Shown here piece by piece: positions 8,217 through 21,037 of a stretch of DNA of 64,000 nucleotides (positions are counted from its first letter, which is position 1; each line of letters begins with the position of its first letter). The notes beneath the pieces are model-generated. The model was not told the origin of the DNA, did no database searches, and saw only the letters and a list, made by a program, of their open reading frames with translations. The DNA comes from an uncultured Thiohalocapsa sp. GTDB taxonomy: Bacteria; Pseudomonadota; Gammaproteobacteria; Chromatiales; Chromatiaceae. The stretch is from the NCBI GenBank assembly GCA_964524185.1, contig CAZGCI010000010.1:520-64519 (forward strand), given 5' to 3'. The position numbers were made by a program, and so were the translations under genes.

Positions 8217-8714
8217 ATGCACAAGACCGACCTCTGGCCGCCCTTTCTGCTGCTGTTGCTCCTGTTGCCCGGCATGGCGGCTGCCGAGAAGCCCAGCGAC
8301 GCCAACGCCCTGGCCGATGTCAGCGCCGGCAAGATCGCCTGGGACATCAACATGGACAGTGCCGAGAAGCTGCTGCTGTATCTTAAGGTCATGGATGAGA
8401 CCTACGAGGACCTGAAGCGCCAGGGCGTGGAGCCGGACATGGTGCTGACCTTTCGCGGCCCGTCGGTGCGCCTGATCACCAGCGACCGGACCGATGTGCC
8501 CCTCGACCAGGAGGTGCACCTCGACGGCGTCGCCGAGCAGATCAAGGCCATGCTGGACAAGCCGAATGTCCGCGCCGAGGCCTGCTCCGTGGCCACACGC
8601 CTGACCGGCGTGGATCCCGCCACCCTGCTGCCGGGCGTCGAGCACGTCGGCAACACCTTCGTCTCGCAGATCGGCTATCAGGCCAAGGGTTACGCCATCA
8701 TCCCAATCATGTGA
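8217..8714 (+). CDS. Secreted (signal-peptide) DsrE/DsrF-like family protein
   Basis: ATG 8217 gives MHKTDLWPPFLLLLLLLPGMAAA, a signal-peptide-like N-terminus. The remainder resembles the DsrE-like fold family (CSVATRLTG, YAIIPIM C-terminus). Confidence 0.7.
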   Translation: MHKTDLWPPFLLLLLLLPGMAAAEKPSDANALADVSAGKIAWDINMDSAEKLLLYLKVMDETYEDLKRQGVEPDMVLTFRGPSVRLITSDRTDVPLDQEVHLDGVAEQIKAMLDKPNVRAEACSVATRLTGVDPATLLPGVEHVGNTFVSQIGYQAKGYAIIPIM

Positions 8715-9095
8715 CCTCCCGCCTGCGCCGCGGCGGTCGGCAGGCTCAGCGGCGCACGCCGAGCCAGGCCAGCCGCCCCAGCTTCTCCAGCAGCAGCAGC
8801 CAGGGCAACCCGTGCAGCAGCTGCTCGAATTGGGAGGCGCTGCGCGTTGAACAGGATTGTTCCCGTCATCGTTTTCGCGCCTTTCGGAGTGCCTTATCTC
8901 CGCCAAGCGCCACCGTCGAATGACCGCCATCGAGCCAGCGGCTGTGGCCGGCCTGCCAGCGCCGGCTCAGCAGCGCGTCACGACGCTGGAGCACCGCGAC
9001 CCTCACTGCGGGGTCGGCATCCTATACTTCAAGGACAGCTTGAACCGCACCGGGCCGGCCCAGGGCCCACCTGAGCCGCAGTCAGGTACGCGGAG

Positions 9096-11056
9096 GTGAT
9101 CGTGAAGGCTTCAACGCAGCACAACGCGCCCGCATCCATGGGCGTTGCAACGGCAGTCGGCGCGACAAACGCGGCCGACGCCACCGCGCCAGCACCGGCA
9201 GCGCCGCCGATCTCCGCAGCGACAGCCCGCACGCTGGCAGGGCTCTTCGCGCAGCGGGTGGATCGCACACCGGGCGCAACGGCCTATCGCCAGTGCGAGG
9301 GCGACACCTGGCGCGACTACAGCTGGCGCGAGCTGGCCCGCCTGGTGGAGCGGTGGCAACGGGGCCTCGCCGCCGAGGGGCTGGCGCCGGGCGAGCGGGT
9401 GGCCGTGGCCCTGCCGAACAGCGTGGACTGGGTCTGCTTCGATCAGGCCGCCCTGTCGCTGGGGCTGGTGACGGTGCCGCTCTACACCACCGACAGCGCC
9501 GGCAACATGGCGCACATCCTGGCCGACAGCGATGCACGGCTCCTGCTACTCGAGGACGACGCACAATGGGCCGCCATACTGGCCCGCGACACGCCCCTGC
9601 CGCAGCTCAAGCGCGTGCTCTGCCGGCACCGCAACGCCGCCAATACCGACCCGCGCCTGTGCAGCCTGCACGACTGGTTGCCGGGCCGCACCGACGACGG
9701 CCCGACGCCCTATGCGGCAAGCGCCGTTGACGCCGCCCACAGCCCCGCCAACGAAGCCGACCCCGACCCGGACGCCACGGCCACCCTGGTCTACACCTCG
9801 GGCACCACGGGGCCGCCCAAGGGCGTGATGCTCTCGCACCGGAACATCCTGAGCAACGCCGAGGCCGTTCTGATGCGCATCCCGGCGTACCCGACGGATT
9901 GCTTCCTATCCTTCCTGCCCCTGGCGCATGCCTTTGAGCGCACCGTGGGCTATTACTTGCCCATGATGGCGGGCTGCACGGTGGCCTATGCCCGCTCCAT
10001 CGAGCAACTGCGCGAGGATCTGCTCAGCGTCCGCCCGACGGTGCTCCTGTCGGTGCCGCGCGTGTACGACAAGATCTATGCAGCCATCCAGGCCAAGCTC
10101 GGGCGCGCCGGCATCAAGCGCCTGCTGTTCGAGACCACCGTCCGGCTGGGCTGGCGACGCTTCGAGGCCGCCCAGGGGCGCCGCCCGCCGCCGGGGCCGC
10201 TGAATCGCCTATTGTGGCCGCTGCTCCACCGGCTGGTGGCCGCCCCCGTGCTGGAGCGCCTCGGCGGGCGGCTGCGGGTGGCGGTGAGCGGCGGCGCACC
10301 GTTGTCCGCCACCGTGGCCAGGTGCTTCGTCTCGCTCGGGCTGCCGTTGACGGAGGGCTACGGGCTGACCGAGGCCGCGCCAGTGGTCACCAACGTCGGC
10401 GTCCTGGACTTCCGCCCCGGCTTCGTCGGCCTGCCGCTGCCGGGGGTGGAGCTACGACTAGGCCCGCAACAGGAGATCGATGTGCGCGGACCCAACGTCA
10501 CCAAGGGCTACTGGGGCCAGCCGGAGGCCACCGCGACGGCCATCGACACCGACGGCTGGCTGCACACCGGCGACGTGGGCGAGCTCCAGGACGGCTACGT
10601 GCGCATCCGCGGCCGGCTCAAGGAGATCATCGTCACCTCCACCGGCGAGAAGGTGCCGCCCGGCGCCGTGGAGGCAGCGCTGACCATGGCGCCCCTGTTC
10701 GATCAGGCCATGGCGGTGGGCGAGGGCCAGCCCTACCTCACCGCCGTGCTGGTGCTGGCGGAGGCCCCCTGGCGCGAGCTTGCACAGCAGCTGGGCGTCG
10801 ACGCGGATGACCCCGCTGCCCTGCACGCCCCGAACGTCCTTGCCGCGGCGCAGGCCATTGGGGATGCGCAGCTCGAGGACTTCCCGCGCCCGGCGCAGGT
10901 GCACGGCCTGCACCTCACCCGCACGCCCTGGACCACCGAGAACGGTCTCATGACACCCACCATGAAGCTCAAGCGCGATGCGCTGCTGGCAGCCTTCGCC
11001 GACGCCATCGACGGCCTCTACCGCCGGCCGCGCCCCCCTCGCAGCGAGGCCCGCCG

Positions 11057-11060
<4 letters not shown>
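9096..11060 (+). CDS. Long-chain acyl-CoA synthetase (AMP-forming, FadD/ACSL-like)
   Basis: AMP-binding motifs LVYTSGTTGPPKGVMLSH, TEGYGLTE, GWLHTGDVG, KLKR. GTG 9102 with GGAGG upstream is an equally likely start. Confidence 0.85.
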
Positions 11061-13993
<2,933 letters not shown>

Positions 13994-14127
13994 AGGGAGC
14001 CTGACGGCACGGGGACAGGCCAGCTGGCGCACACGCCCAACCGCCTGTGCGAGAATCCGCGCCACGGGACTGCATCGTTGTGCCCTAAGTTGTTACCTCA
14101 AGGAATTACGGATTGAACATCAACGAC

Positions 14128-15420
14128 ATGGCAGGCGGCGCTGTGGGCGCAGAGGATGAGCGCATCGTCATCATCGGCGCCGGGGCATCCGGTCTTGCGC
14201 TGGGTTGGCTCTTGTCCGAGATGGGCAAGCGGGTCACGGTGCTGGAGGCGGCGCCGCGCATCGGCGGGCTGGCCCGGACCTTCCTGTGGCATGACCTGCC
14301 CTGCGACATCGCCCCGCATCGGCTGCATACGGACGACCAACCGGTGCTGCAGGCCATTCAGGGCCTGGTGCCGCTGCGGGAGTTCCGGCGCAACAGCCGC
14401 ATCCTGATGCGCGATAAGCAGATCCAGGACCCCATCAACCCCATCGAGCTGCTGCTGCGCTTTCCGCCACACATCGGGTTTAAGTTGGTGTGGGGCTTTC
14501 TGAACCGCCCGAAGCTCCCCGAGACCTCCTTCGAGGCCATGGCCCTGAACCGCTACGGCCGCGGCCTGTACGATTTCTTCTTTGAGCCGTACACCAAGAA
14601 GATGTTCGGCGTGCCGCCGGGCGAGATCTCCGCCACCTGGGGACGCGAAAAGCTCCGCGCCTCTGGGCTACTGGACGTGCTGAAACGGCAATCCAAGACC
14701 TTCTTCAACACCTTCTGGTACCCGGCCCAGGGCGGCTACGGCAGCATCTGCGATGCCATGGCGGCCCGCACCCGCGGCGAGATCCGGCTCTCGGCAGCCG
14801 TCACCGGCCTGGACCACGACGATGGGCGCATCAGCGCCGTGCAATACCGGGCCGATGGCAGCGAGCAGCGGCTCGCCTGTGACCGGGTCTTCTCCACCAT
14901 ACCGGCAACGGTGCTCGCACGCATGCTCGGTAGCGAGCTGAAGCTGCGCTTCAAGGGCGTCCAGCTGGTCTATCTGCACATCGCCAAGGCCCAGGCCCTG
15001 CCCTATCAGTGGGTCTACTGGGGAGACGGCGATGTGGTCATCAACCGGATGGCCGAATTCAAGCACTTTCATCCCGACCTGCCGCACACCGATCGCACCG
15101 TGCTGTGCGCCGAAGTCACGGTGGACACCCAGCAGCCTGTGGAGGACGTGCTCGCGGCACTGGAGCGCTATCAGCTGGTCCGCCGCGACGAGGTGCTGGA
15201 CAGCATGGTCCTCACCGAGGGCTGCGGTTATCCGGTCTATGACCGCGGCTTCGAGGCGGCCAAGGCGCAGGCGCAGGCGCTGTTCGGGCGTTTTGGCAAC
15301 CTGCACTGCGTCGGGCGCAACGCGGAGTTTCGCCACATCGAGACGGACGAGGACATCGCCTCCGCCGCCAACTGCCTGCGCGGTATCTACGGGGCCGATG
15401 CCGTCCGCCTAGGCGCATGA
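14128..15420 (+). CDS. FAD-dependent oxidoreductase, UDP-galactopyranose-mutase-like
   Basis: IVIIGAGASGLALG dinucleotide fold. FFEPYTKKMFG resembles [11 protein letters not shown] in the glf gene of this window. C-terminal GRNAEFRHIETDEDI resembles [15 protein letters not shown] of glf. Start is ATG 14128 (ORF opens at TTG 14113). Confidence 0.78.
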   Translation: MAGGAVGAEDERIVIIGAGASGLALGWLLSEMGKRVTVLEAAPRIGGLARTFLWHDLPCDIAPHRLHTDDQPVLQAIQGLVPLREFRRNSRILMRDKQIQDPINPIELLLRFPPHIGFKLVWGFLNRPKLPETSFEAMALNRYGRGLYDFFFEPYTKKMFGVPPGEISATWGREKLRASGLLDVLKRQSKTFFNTFWYPAQGGYGSICDAMAARTRGEIRLSAAVTGLDHDDGRISAVQYRADGSEQRLACDRVFSTIPATVLARMLGSELKLRFKGVQLVYLHIAKAQALPYQWVYWGDGDVVINRMAEFKHFHPDLPHTDRTVLCAEVTVDTQQPVEDVLAALERYQLVRRDEVLDSMVLTEGCGYPVYDRGFEAAKAQAQALFGRFGNLHCVGRNAEFRHIETDEDIASAANCLRGIYGADAVRLGA

Positions 15421-16442
15421 AGCAACTCGTGAGCCTCACCGTTGCGGCGGCCGTCACCGCCGCTACGCTGAGCTATGCCCTGTGGGGCACGGACCTGCCC
15501 GCCCTATGGCAGACCCTGCGCGACGGCAACCTCTGGGTGCTGCCGCCCTTCCTGGTGGTGCTGGTGGTCTTTTTCGTGAGTAACGCTCACCGCTGGGGGC
15601 TCCTGCTCCGTCCCTTCGGGCGGTTCGGCATCCGCGCGCTAATGCCGTCGATGATGATCGGCTTCGCCGCCAACAATGTGCTGCCGCTGCGCGTCGGCGA
15701 GCTGATCCGCGCCCACCTGCTGGCGCGCGATGCGGGCCTGTCCGCCCCTGTGTCCAGGAGCGGCGCCCTCATGAACCTGACGCTGGAGCGCCTGCTGGAC
15801 CTCATCGGCATCCTCGCCATCTACAGCGCGGCGCTGGCGCTGCTGCCGGCGGCGCCGGCGGGCTTTCGCGCCAGTGCCTGGCTCGCCGGCGCGGCCATCC
15901 TGGGACTCGGCGCCGTGCTGGCCGCCTTGTTGCTCTTGCCGCGGCAGGTGGATGCCCTGTGGCAGCGGCTCTCCGCCTGGCTGCCGACGACGCTGCGCAG
16001 CCGCGGCAGCATCTACCTGGTGCAGTTTGAGCAGGGGCTGGCTGCCATGCGCAGGCCCGGCACCGCGCTGCTGCTCGTCGTCTACTCCATCGCCCGTTGG
16101 TTGCTGGCCGTCGCCCTCGCCTGGCTGGCGCTCTATGCCTATGCGGGCGCGGTGCCGTTCCCGCTGGCCATGGTCACCATCGGGATCACGGCCTTCGCCG
16201 TCGCGCTGCCGAGCGCACCGGGGTTCGTGGGGCCCATCCAGGCGGCCTTTGTCTTTGCACTGACGCCCTTCGGCATAGACCGCGAGGTGGCCCTGGCCGC
16301 GAGCGTGCTCTTCCTACTCGGGCACTGGATTCCGATTACCGCCGTCGGCGCCGCCTTCCTGGCACGCCGGCACCTGTCGTTTCGTGAGCTGGCCGCCCGC
16401 GCCGAGGCCGCGGCGGACGCCCCAGCGGAGCCCGCGCCATGA
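15417..16442 (+). CDS. Polytopic membrane protein, lysyl-PG-synthase-TM/UPF0104 (MprF flippase-like) family
   Basis: ATGA overlap with the upstream gene. About 8 hydrophobic segments. Motif NNVLPLRVGELIRA is typical of flippase-like UPF0104 proteins. Confidence 0.75.
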   Translation: MKQLVSLTVAAAVTAATLSYALWGTDLPALWQTLRDGNLWVLPPFLVVLVVFFVSNAHRWGLLLRPFGRFGIRALMPSMMIGFAANNVLPLRVGELIRAHLLARDAGLSAPVSRSGALMNLTLERLLDLIGILAIYSAALALLPAAPAGFRASAWLAGAAILGLGAVLAALLLLPRQVDALWQRLSAWLPTTLRSRGSIYLVQFEQGLAAMRRPGTALLLVVYSIARWLLAVALAWLALYAYAGAVPFPLAMVTIGITAFAVALPSAPGFVGPIQAAFVFALTPFGIDREVALAASVLFLLGHWIPITAVGAAFLARRHLSFRELAARAEAAADAPAEPAP

Positions 16443-17860
16443 CCTGTATCCGCACCGCGCTGTACGCACTCAGCGCTGCCGACGGTGCCTGGCTGTTCAG
16501 CCGTGCCGTGCTCGTGCTGTTGGCGCTGCGGCTCGGCCTGTTGCTGCTCCTGTGGGCCGTCGGCGGCGAGCCGCTGCAGCCGGACTCACCGCTGTACCTA
16601 CAACTGGCCGCGGGCCTGGCGGAGCAAGGCTGGTTCTCCGCCAGCCTCACGACCTTTCAACCAGAGGTCTTTCGCACGCCGGGCTACCCCGCCTATTTGG
16701 CCTTGTTCTACCCGACGGGGCTACCGACAGGGCTCAATCACCTATTCTGGCCGCTGCTGGTGCAGGAGGGCCTGTACCTGGTCAGCGTGGGCATCTTCTA
16801 CATCGGCACGCGGACGCTGCTGGACCTCGGCCTGGCGCGGGCGGTGGTGATATTCCTGCTCATCGAGCCCGGCGGCATCGCCTACCCGAAGCTCCTGTTG
16901 AGCGACACGCTCCACCTGGCCCTGATCGTACCCGCCGTCTTCGCGCTGGGCGGGCACCTCCGGACCCAGCGCTGGTCCTGGCTCATCACCGCCGGAGTGC
17001 TGCTGGGCGCCGCCGCCTGGGTGCGCCCGGCGGCCTTTTTGCTGCCGGTGGTGTTCGCGCCGGTGCTGATTGTAGCCAGCCGTTTTCGACGCGCCGGCTT
17101 TATCCGCGCGGGGGTGCTCGTGCTGGTGACCACGTTGACGCTGAGTCCGTGGCTGGCCCGTAACCAGAGCGTCTTCGGCACGCCCTACCTCTCCGGGCAG
17201 GCCAGCAACATGTTCGCCAACTACCACCTGCCCTACGTCTGGGAGGTGACACGCGGCCTGCCCTTCCAAGACGGCCAGCGTGAGGTGGCTGCGCTCACCG
17301 AGCAGGCCGTCGCGGAGGCGGAGGCCGAGTTGGGCAGGGCACTCAATGCCGTGGAGCGGCTCAACGTCCAACAGGCCCTTGCGCTGGCCGAGCTCAAGCA
17401 GCATCCGGCGCCCTATGCCCAGCGCTGGATCATCGGCATGCTCAAGACCCTGCTCGGCCCCGGCCTGCTGGACGCCTACGCCGCCTATGGCCACCAGCCC
17501 GAGCGCATCCGCTTCGCGGCCATCGACGAGGCATCGTTCACGCGCAAGGTCACACAATTCCTGGCCGGCCAAGACCTACTGGTGCTCACCGAGGTGCTGC
17601 TGCGCGGGCTCCTCCTCGGCCTCGCACTCATCGGCGCCCTCGTCATCCTGCGCTCCGGCAACCCGTTCCTGTGGATCATCCTGCTCTTCACCGCCTACAC
17701 CATCGCCATCCCCGGCCCCATGGGCCTCACCCGGCTACGCTTCGCGGCGGAGGGGTTTCTGTTTTTGCAGGCGTGGCTGGGGTTGCGGTGCCTCTGGCGG
17801 GCCCTTGCGGCCGTCCATTCCTGGGGCAGCCAGCTGCGCCAAGCAGGCGCGTTGCACTAA
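16439..17860 (+). CDS. Polytopic membrane protein, GT-C (ArnT/PMT, GT39/83)-like putative glycosyltransferase
   Basis: ATGA overlap with the upstream gene. Many TM segments. N-terminal loop QPDSPLYLQLA ... FRTPGYPAYL resembles GT-C first-loop architecture. Confidence 0.6.
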   Translation: MTCIRTALYALSAADGAWLFSRAVLVLLALRLGLLLLLWAVGGEPLQPDSPLYLQLAAGLAEQGWFSASLTTFQPEVFRTPGYPAYLALFYPTGLPTGLNHLFWPLLVQEGLYLVSVGIFYIGTRTLLDLGLARAVVIFLLIEPGGIAYPKLLLSDTLHLALIVPAVFALGGHLRTQRWSWLITAGVLLGAAAWVRPAAFLLPVVFAPVLIVASRFRRAGFIRAGVLVLVTTLTLSPWLARNQSVFGTPYLSGQASNMFANYHLPYVWEVTRGLPFQDGQREVAALTEQAVAEAEAELGRALNAVERLNVQQALALAELKQHPAPYAQRWIIGMLKTLLGPGLLDAYAAYGHQPERIRFAAIDEASFTRKVTQFLAGQDLLVLTEVLLRGLLLGLALIGALVILRSGNPFLWIILLFTAYTIAIPGPMGLTRLRFAAEGFLFLQAWLGLRCLWRALAAVHSWGSQLRQAGALH

Positions 17861-17918
17861 GCGAGAGGGGTCGCCGTCATGCACCGCCGCCGCGGATGTG
17901 TCCGTGGTTAGGGGCTGG

Positions 17919-18059
17919 CCGCAAATAACCTGTGCAGATTGCGCCGCAATTGCGTTCGCTTTCGCGAAGCGGCGAGGGGCGCATAGCCGGGCTATGTAAG
18001 CCTCGCCGCGACAAAGAAAGCGGGCGAAAGTGCAAGCAAGGTGTGCAGGTTATTTGCGG
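17919..18059. repeat. 141-bp imperfect palindrome between convergent genes (REP/MITE-like element or bidirectional terminator)
   Basis: Arms CCGCAAATAACCTG (17919-17932) and CAGGTTATTTGCGG (18046-18059). Inner arms GCGGCGAGG (17969-17977) and CCTCGCCGC (18001-18009). Centre CATAGCCGGGCTATG (17982-17996). All are symmetric about 17989. Confidence 0.6.
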
Positions 18060-18166
18060 ACGGTCCCTTAGCGCGTGGCCCGCGCCCGCGCCGGCGACGC
18101 CCCTGGATGCCGCGACAGAGCCTCGGCCGATCCGCTGATCATGAAGGCCAGCGCCGGCGGCATCGG

Positions 18167-19402
18167 CTAGCCAGGCCTCGTGCCAGCCAGCAGCTCACGG
18201 TACACAGATAGGGTTTCCTCGGTCACCCGGCCAATGCCGAAGGCCGCCTCAGCCAGCCGTCGTGACGCGCGGCCGTAGGTCGCGCGCAGCTCGGTATCCT
18301 CTGCCAGCCGCGCCAGCGCCTCCGCAAGCGCCGCCGCGTCGCGAGGTGGCACCAGAAAGCCGTTCTCGCCCGCTTGAACCACCTCGCGGCAGCCGGGCAC
18401 GTCCGTAGCCACCAACGGCAGCCCCGCAGCAGCCGCCTCGATCAGGATGGTCGGCAGCCCTTCGCGGTAGGACGGCAGACAAACGATATGCGCCTGAGCC
18501 AGCACTGCCGGCATGTCCGCACGGTGGCCCCACCACTCGACGGCGCCGCTGTCGTGCCACTGGCGAAGCTGCGCCTCCGGCACAGCGGAGGGGTTGCTTG
18601 GGTCCGGCTTGCCGACGAGCACCATGCGCGCCGGGACGCCGCGGGCGCGCAGCAGCGCCGCCGCGTCCACGAACTCCTGCAGGCCCTTGTCCCAGAGCAT
18701 GCGCGAGGCCAGCACGACGGTCACCGGACCAGCGGGCGGTGGCTGAGGCCGAAAGCGTGCCAAGTCGACACCGGCACCGCGGATGAGCGTGGCGTCGACG
18801 CCCGCATTGCGCCTCAGCTCAGCTTGGTCGTCCGGGTTCTGCACGATGACCCGCGCCCGCGGCTGCCCAAGCAGCACGCGGTATGCCAGGGTGAGCCCCG
18901 CCTTCAGCCAGCGCGCCCGGCGGGTGCGTGCGGTGAACACATAACCCATGCCGGCGAGGGTCGCCACCAACGCCGGTGCCCGCCCGAGCCGCGTGGCGAG
19001 CGCGCCGTATAAGACCGGCTTCTGAGCAATAGCGTGCAGCAGCACGGGCCGCTCCGTGCGCAGCACGCGCAGAACCGCCTGCAGCGAGCGCCATTCCTCG
19101 CGCGGACGCATGCCCTGGCGAGACAAGGGGATTGCGTGCAGACGCAGGCCCGCAGCCTCGATCCGAGCGACCAGCTCCGGGTCGGTCGTCGACGTCATCA
19201 GCACCACATCGTGGCCTGCGGCCTGAACAGCTTGCGCGAGCGGCAGCCAGTGCAGACAGAAGTACCAGTCCACTGACACGTAGAAGATCACCGGGCCGCG
19301 GTGAACAGCGGCAGCATCGGGCGCGCGGCGAGCCAGAGAGACCGTGCCCTTCTTGCCCGTCGCGACACCCAGCGCGGCAGCGAAGCACTCACCCATCGGC
19401 AT
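18167..19402 (-). CDS. Glycosyltransferase family 4 (GT-B)
   Basis: GT4 C-terminal signature VCLPSYREGLPTILIEAAAAGLPLVATDVPGCRE. The exact start is uncertain. Confidence 0.85.
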   Translation of the reverse strand: MPMGECFAAALGVATGKKGTVSLARRAPDAAAVHRGPVIFYVSVDWYFCLHWLPLAQAVQAAGHDVVLMTSTTDPELVARIEAAGLRLHAIPLSRQGMRPREEWRSLQAVLRVLRTERPVLLHAIAQKPVLYGALATRLGRAPALVATLAGMGYVFTARTRRARWLKAGLTLAYRVLLGQPRARVIVQNPDDQAELRRNAGVDATLIRGAGVDLARFRPQPPPAGPVTVVLASRMLWDKGLQEFVDAAALLRARGVPARMVLVGKPDPSNPSAVPEAQLRQWHDSGAVEWWGHRADMPAVLAQAHIVCLPSYREGLPTILIEAAAAGLPLVATDVPGCREVVQAGENGFLVPPRDAAALAEALARLAEDTELRATYGRASRRLAEAAFGIGRVTEETLSVYRELLAGTRPG

Positions 19403-20528
19403 GCGGCGGGATCAGTTCACCATAAAGTGCAGCGTAGCGCGCAGCGACCGCGGGCAGCGAAAACTGCTCCAGGATGCGCGAACGCGCTGCGGCGCCGAGC
19501 GCCTCCCGTTCGGCCGTCGACAGGACAAGCAGCGCCTGCATGGCGCCAGCAACTGCCGCCGCATCATGCGGCGCTACGACCCGACCCGTACCGCCGATGA
19601 TGCGCGCCGCGTCCCCCACGTCGGTTGCGACGCAGGGCACTCCGCAGGACATGGCCTCCCCGATCACGAGCGGGAACGCCTCGCCGAACGCCGACGACAG
19701 CACCATGAGATCTAGGGCCGCCAGCAGGCGACCCACGTCCGAGCGCAGGCCGAGCAAATGAAAGCGCTCGGCAAAACCGGTTTCGTCAATCCAGTGGGCG
19801 AGCGTTTCGTTGTTGCGTTCACAACCCTTGCCGACCAACACGCAATGGAGGTTCGGGTGCTGCCCGGCCAGCTGCCCGACTGCACTGACAAAGTTCTGGT
19901 GGTCCTTTTGCGGGTCGAAGCGTGCGACCTTCCCGACGAGAATCGCATCCTCGGCGAGGCCGAGCTCCGCGCGCACCGCCGTGCGATACGGCGGATGCGG
20001 GTGCAGGGCCGTTGTATCGAAACCGTTCGGGATCGAGACGAAACGCTCCGCGGCGTACCCTTGCCGGACGTGGATGGAAACGCCGGCGTCCGAGCACGAG
20101 ACGATTCTTGTCGGTAAGCGACGCGAAAGTGCCGCGCAGGCTTGGACGACCCAGCGCGTCGCGCGCTTGGTGTGCCGAGGGTCGAGGTCTGTGTTGTGCA
20201 GACCCCAGACAATCGGAATTCCGCCGACCACGCGCGCCGCCAACCCGCCCAGAAGATCGGCGTGGTACATCCACGTCTGCACCAGGTCCGGCTGCTCAGC
20301 GCGAATGAGCCGCGCCATCCGCAACAGCGCCCGCGGATACGGCAGCCCAGGCTTCATGCCGAGCTCGTGTACTGTAACCCCCTCCTCTCTAAGCACCGGT
20401 GCAAGGGCGCCGCCACGCATCAATGACAATACTGTCGACTCGAACCCCGCCTGCCCGAGCGGGCCAATCAAAGCGGCGAGTATGCGCTCCGCGCCCCCGA
20501 CGTCGAGGTCCGTGATGATATGCAGCAC
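19389..20528 (-). CDS. Glycosyltransferase family 4 (GT-B)
   Basis: Core starts VLHIITDLDVGGAER (GTG 20528). Upstream in-frame ATGs at 20711 and 20756 would add an Arg/Ser-rich tail that does not look real. EAFPLVIGEAMSCGVPCVATDVG motif. Confidence 0.78.
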   Translation of the reverse strand: MLHIITDLDVGGAERILAALIGPLGQAGFESTVLSLMRGGALAPVLREEGVTVHELGMKPGLPYPRALLRMARLIRAEQPDLVQTWMYHADLLGGLAARVVGGIPIVWGLHNTDLDPRHTKRATRWVVQACAALSRRLPTRIVSCSDAGVSIHVRQGYAAERFVSIPNGFDTTALHPHPPYRTAVRAELGLAEDAILVGKVARFDPQKDHQNFVSAVGQLAGQHPNLHCVLVGKGCERNNETLAHWIDETGFAERFHLLGLRSDVGRLLAALDLMVLSSAFGEAFPLVIGEAMSCGVPCVATDVGDAARIIGGTGRVVAPHDAAAVAGAMQALLVLSTAEREALGAAARSRILEQFSLPAVAARYAALYGELIPPHADG

Positions 20529-21037
20529 CTTGGCGCAGCCACGCCCGCTCCGCTTGCAGCGGGGGCCCGACAGCGATGGCGCGGAGGTGGTCCGTGACAC
20601 GAAGGTTCTCGATGCTGAAGCGGAATCAAATGGCGCAGTTGACGCACGACTCTCCGACCAGCGTAAGCGGTTCGCACCGATGCCCGGTCTCGTTGCCGGA
20701 GCCCGTCTCATGCTAACGGGGCGCGCCGCGATTTCCGCGAGCGCTCGCCTGACCAAAGCCCCGTGGCAGCGACTCCGCCGCCAGAGCCGAGCTCGTTGGC
20801 GCGGAGTTTACGGGCGAGGCACTGGTGCTGCACCCTTTTCGGCTCAGCCCGGCCGTCGCCGTGGCCGCCCTCCATCCGCGCGTTCCTGTCCCGACTAGCC
20901 CTCTGCAGATGAATCTGCATGGGATCACACCCCATCCGCGGATGGGAGCAGCGTCGCCGGATTGCGGGCTGCCCCCAAGCCGACCGCCAGGCGTCTGATG
21001 GTATTCTGAACGCCGTGAACACGCCCGGCTGCGCCTG

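Noticed and set aside
8715-9095. A 380-bp gap with small ORFs (8711..8923, 8847..9074, 8857..9099) and a minus-strand tail reading FEQLLHGLPWLLLLEKLGRLAWLGVRR.
   Set aside because: None has a credible start, ribosome-binding site or motif. The minus-strand piece has no start codon and is preceded by an in-frame stop, so at most it is a gene remnant. It is left unannotated.
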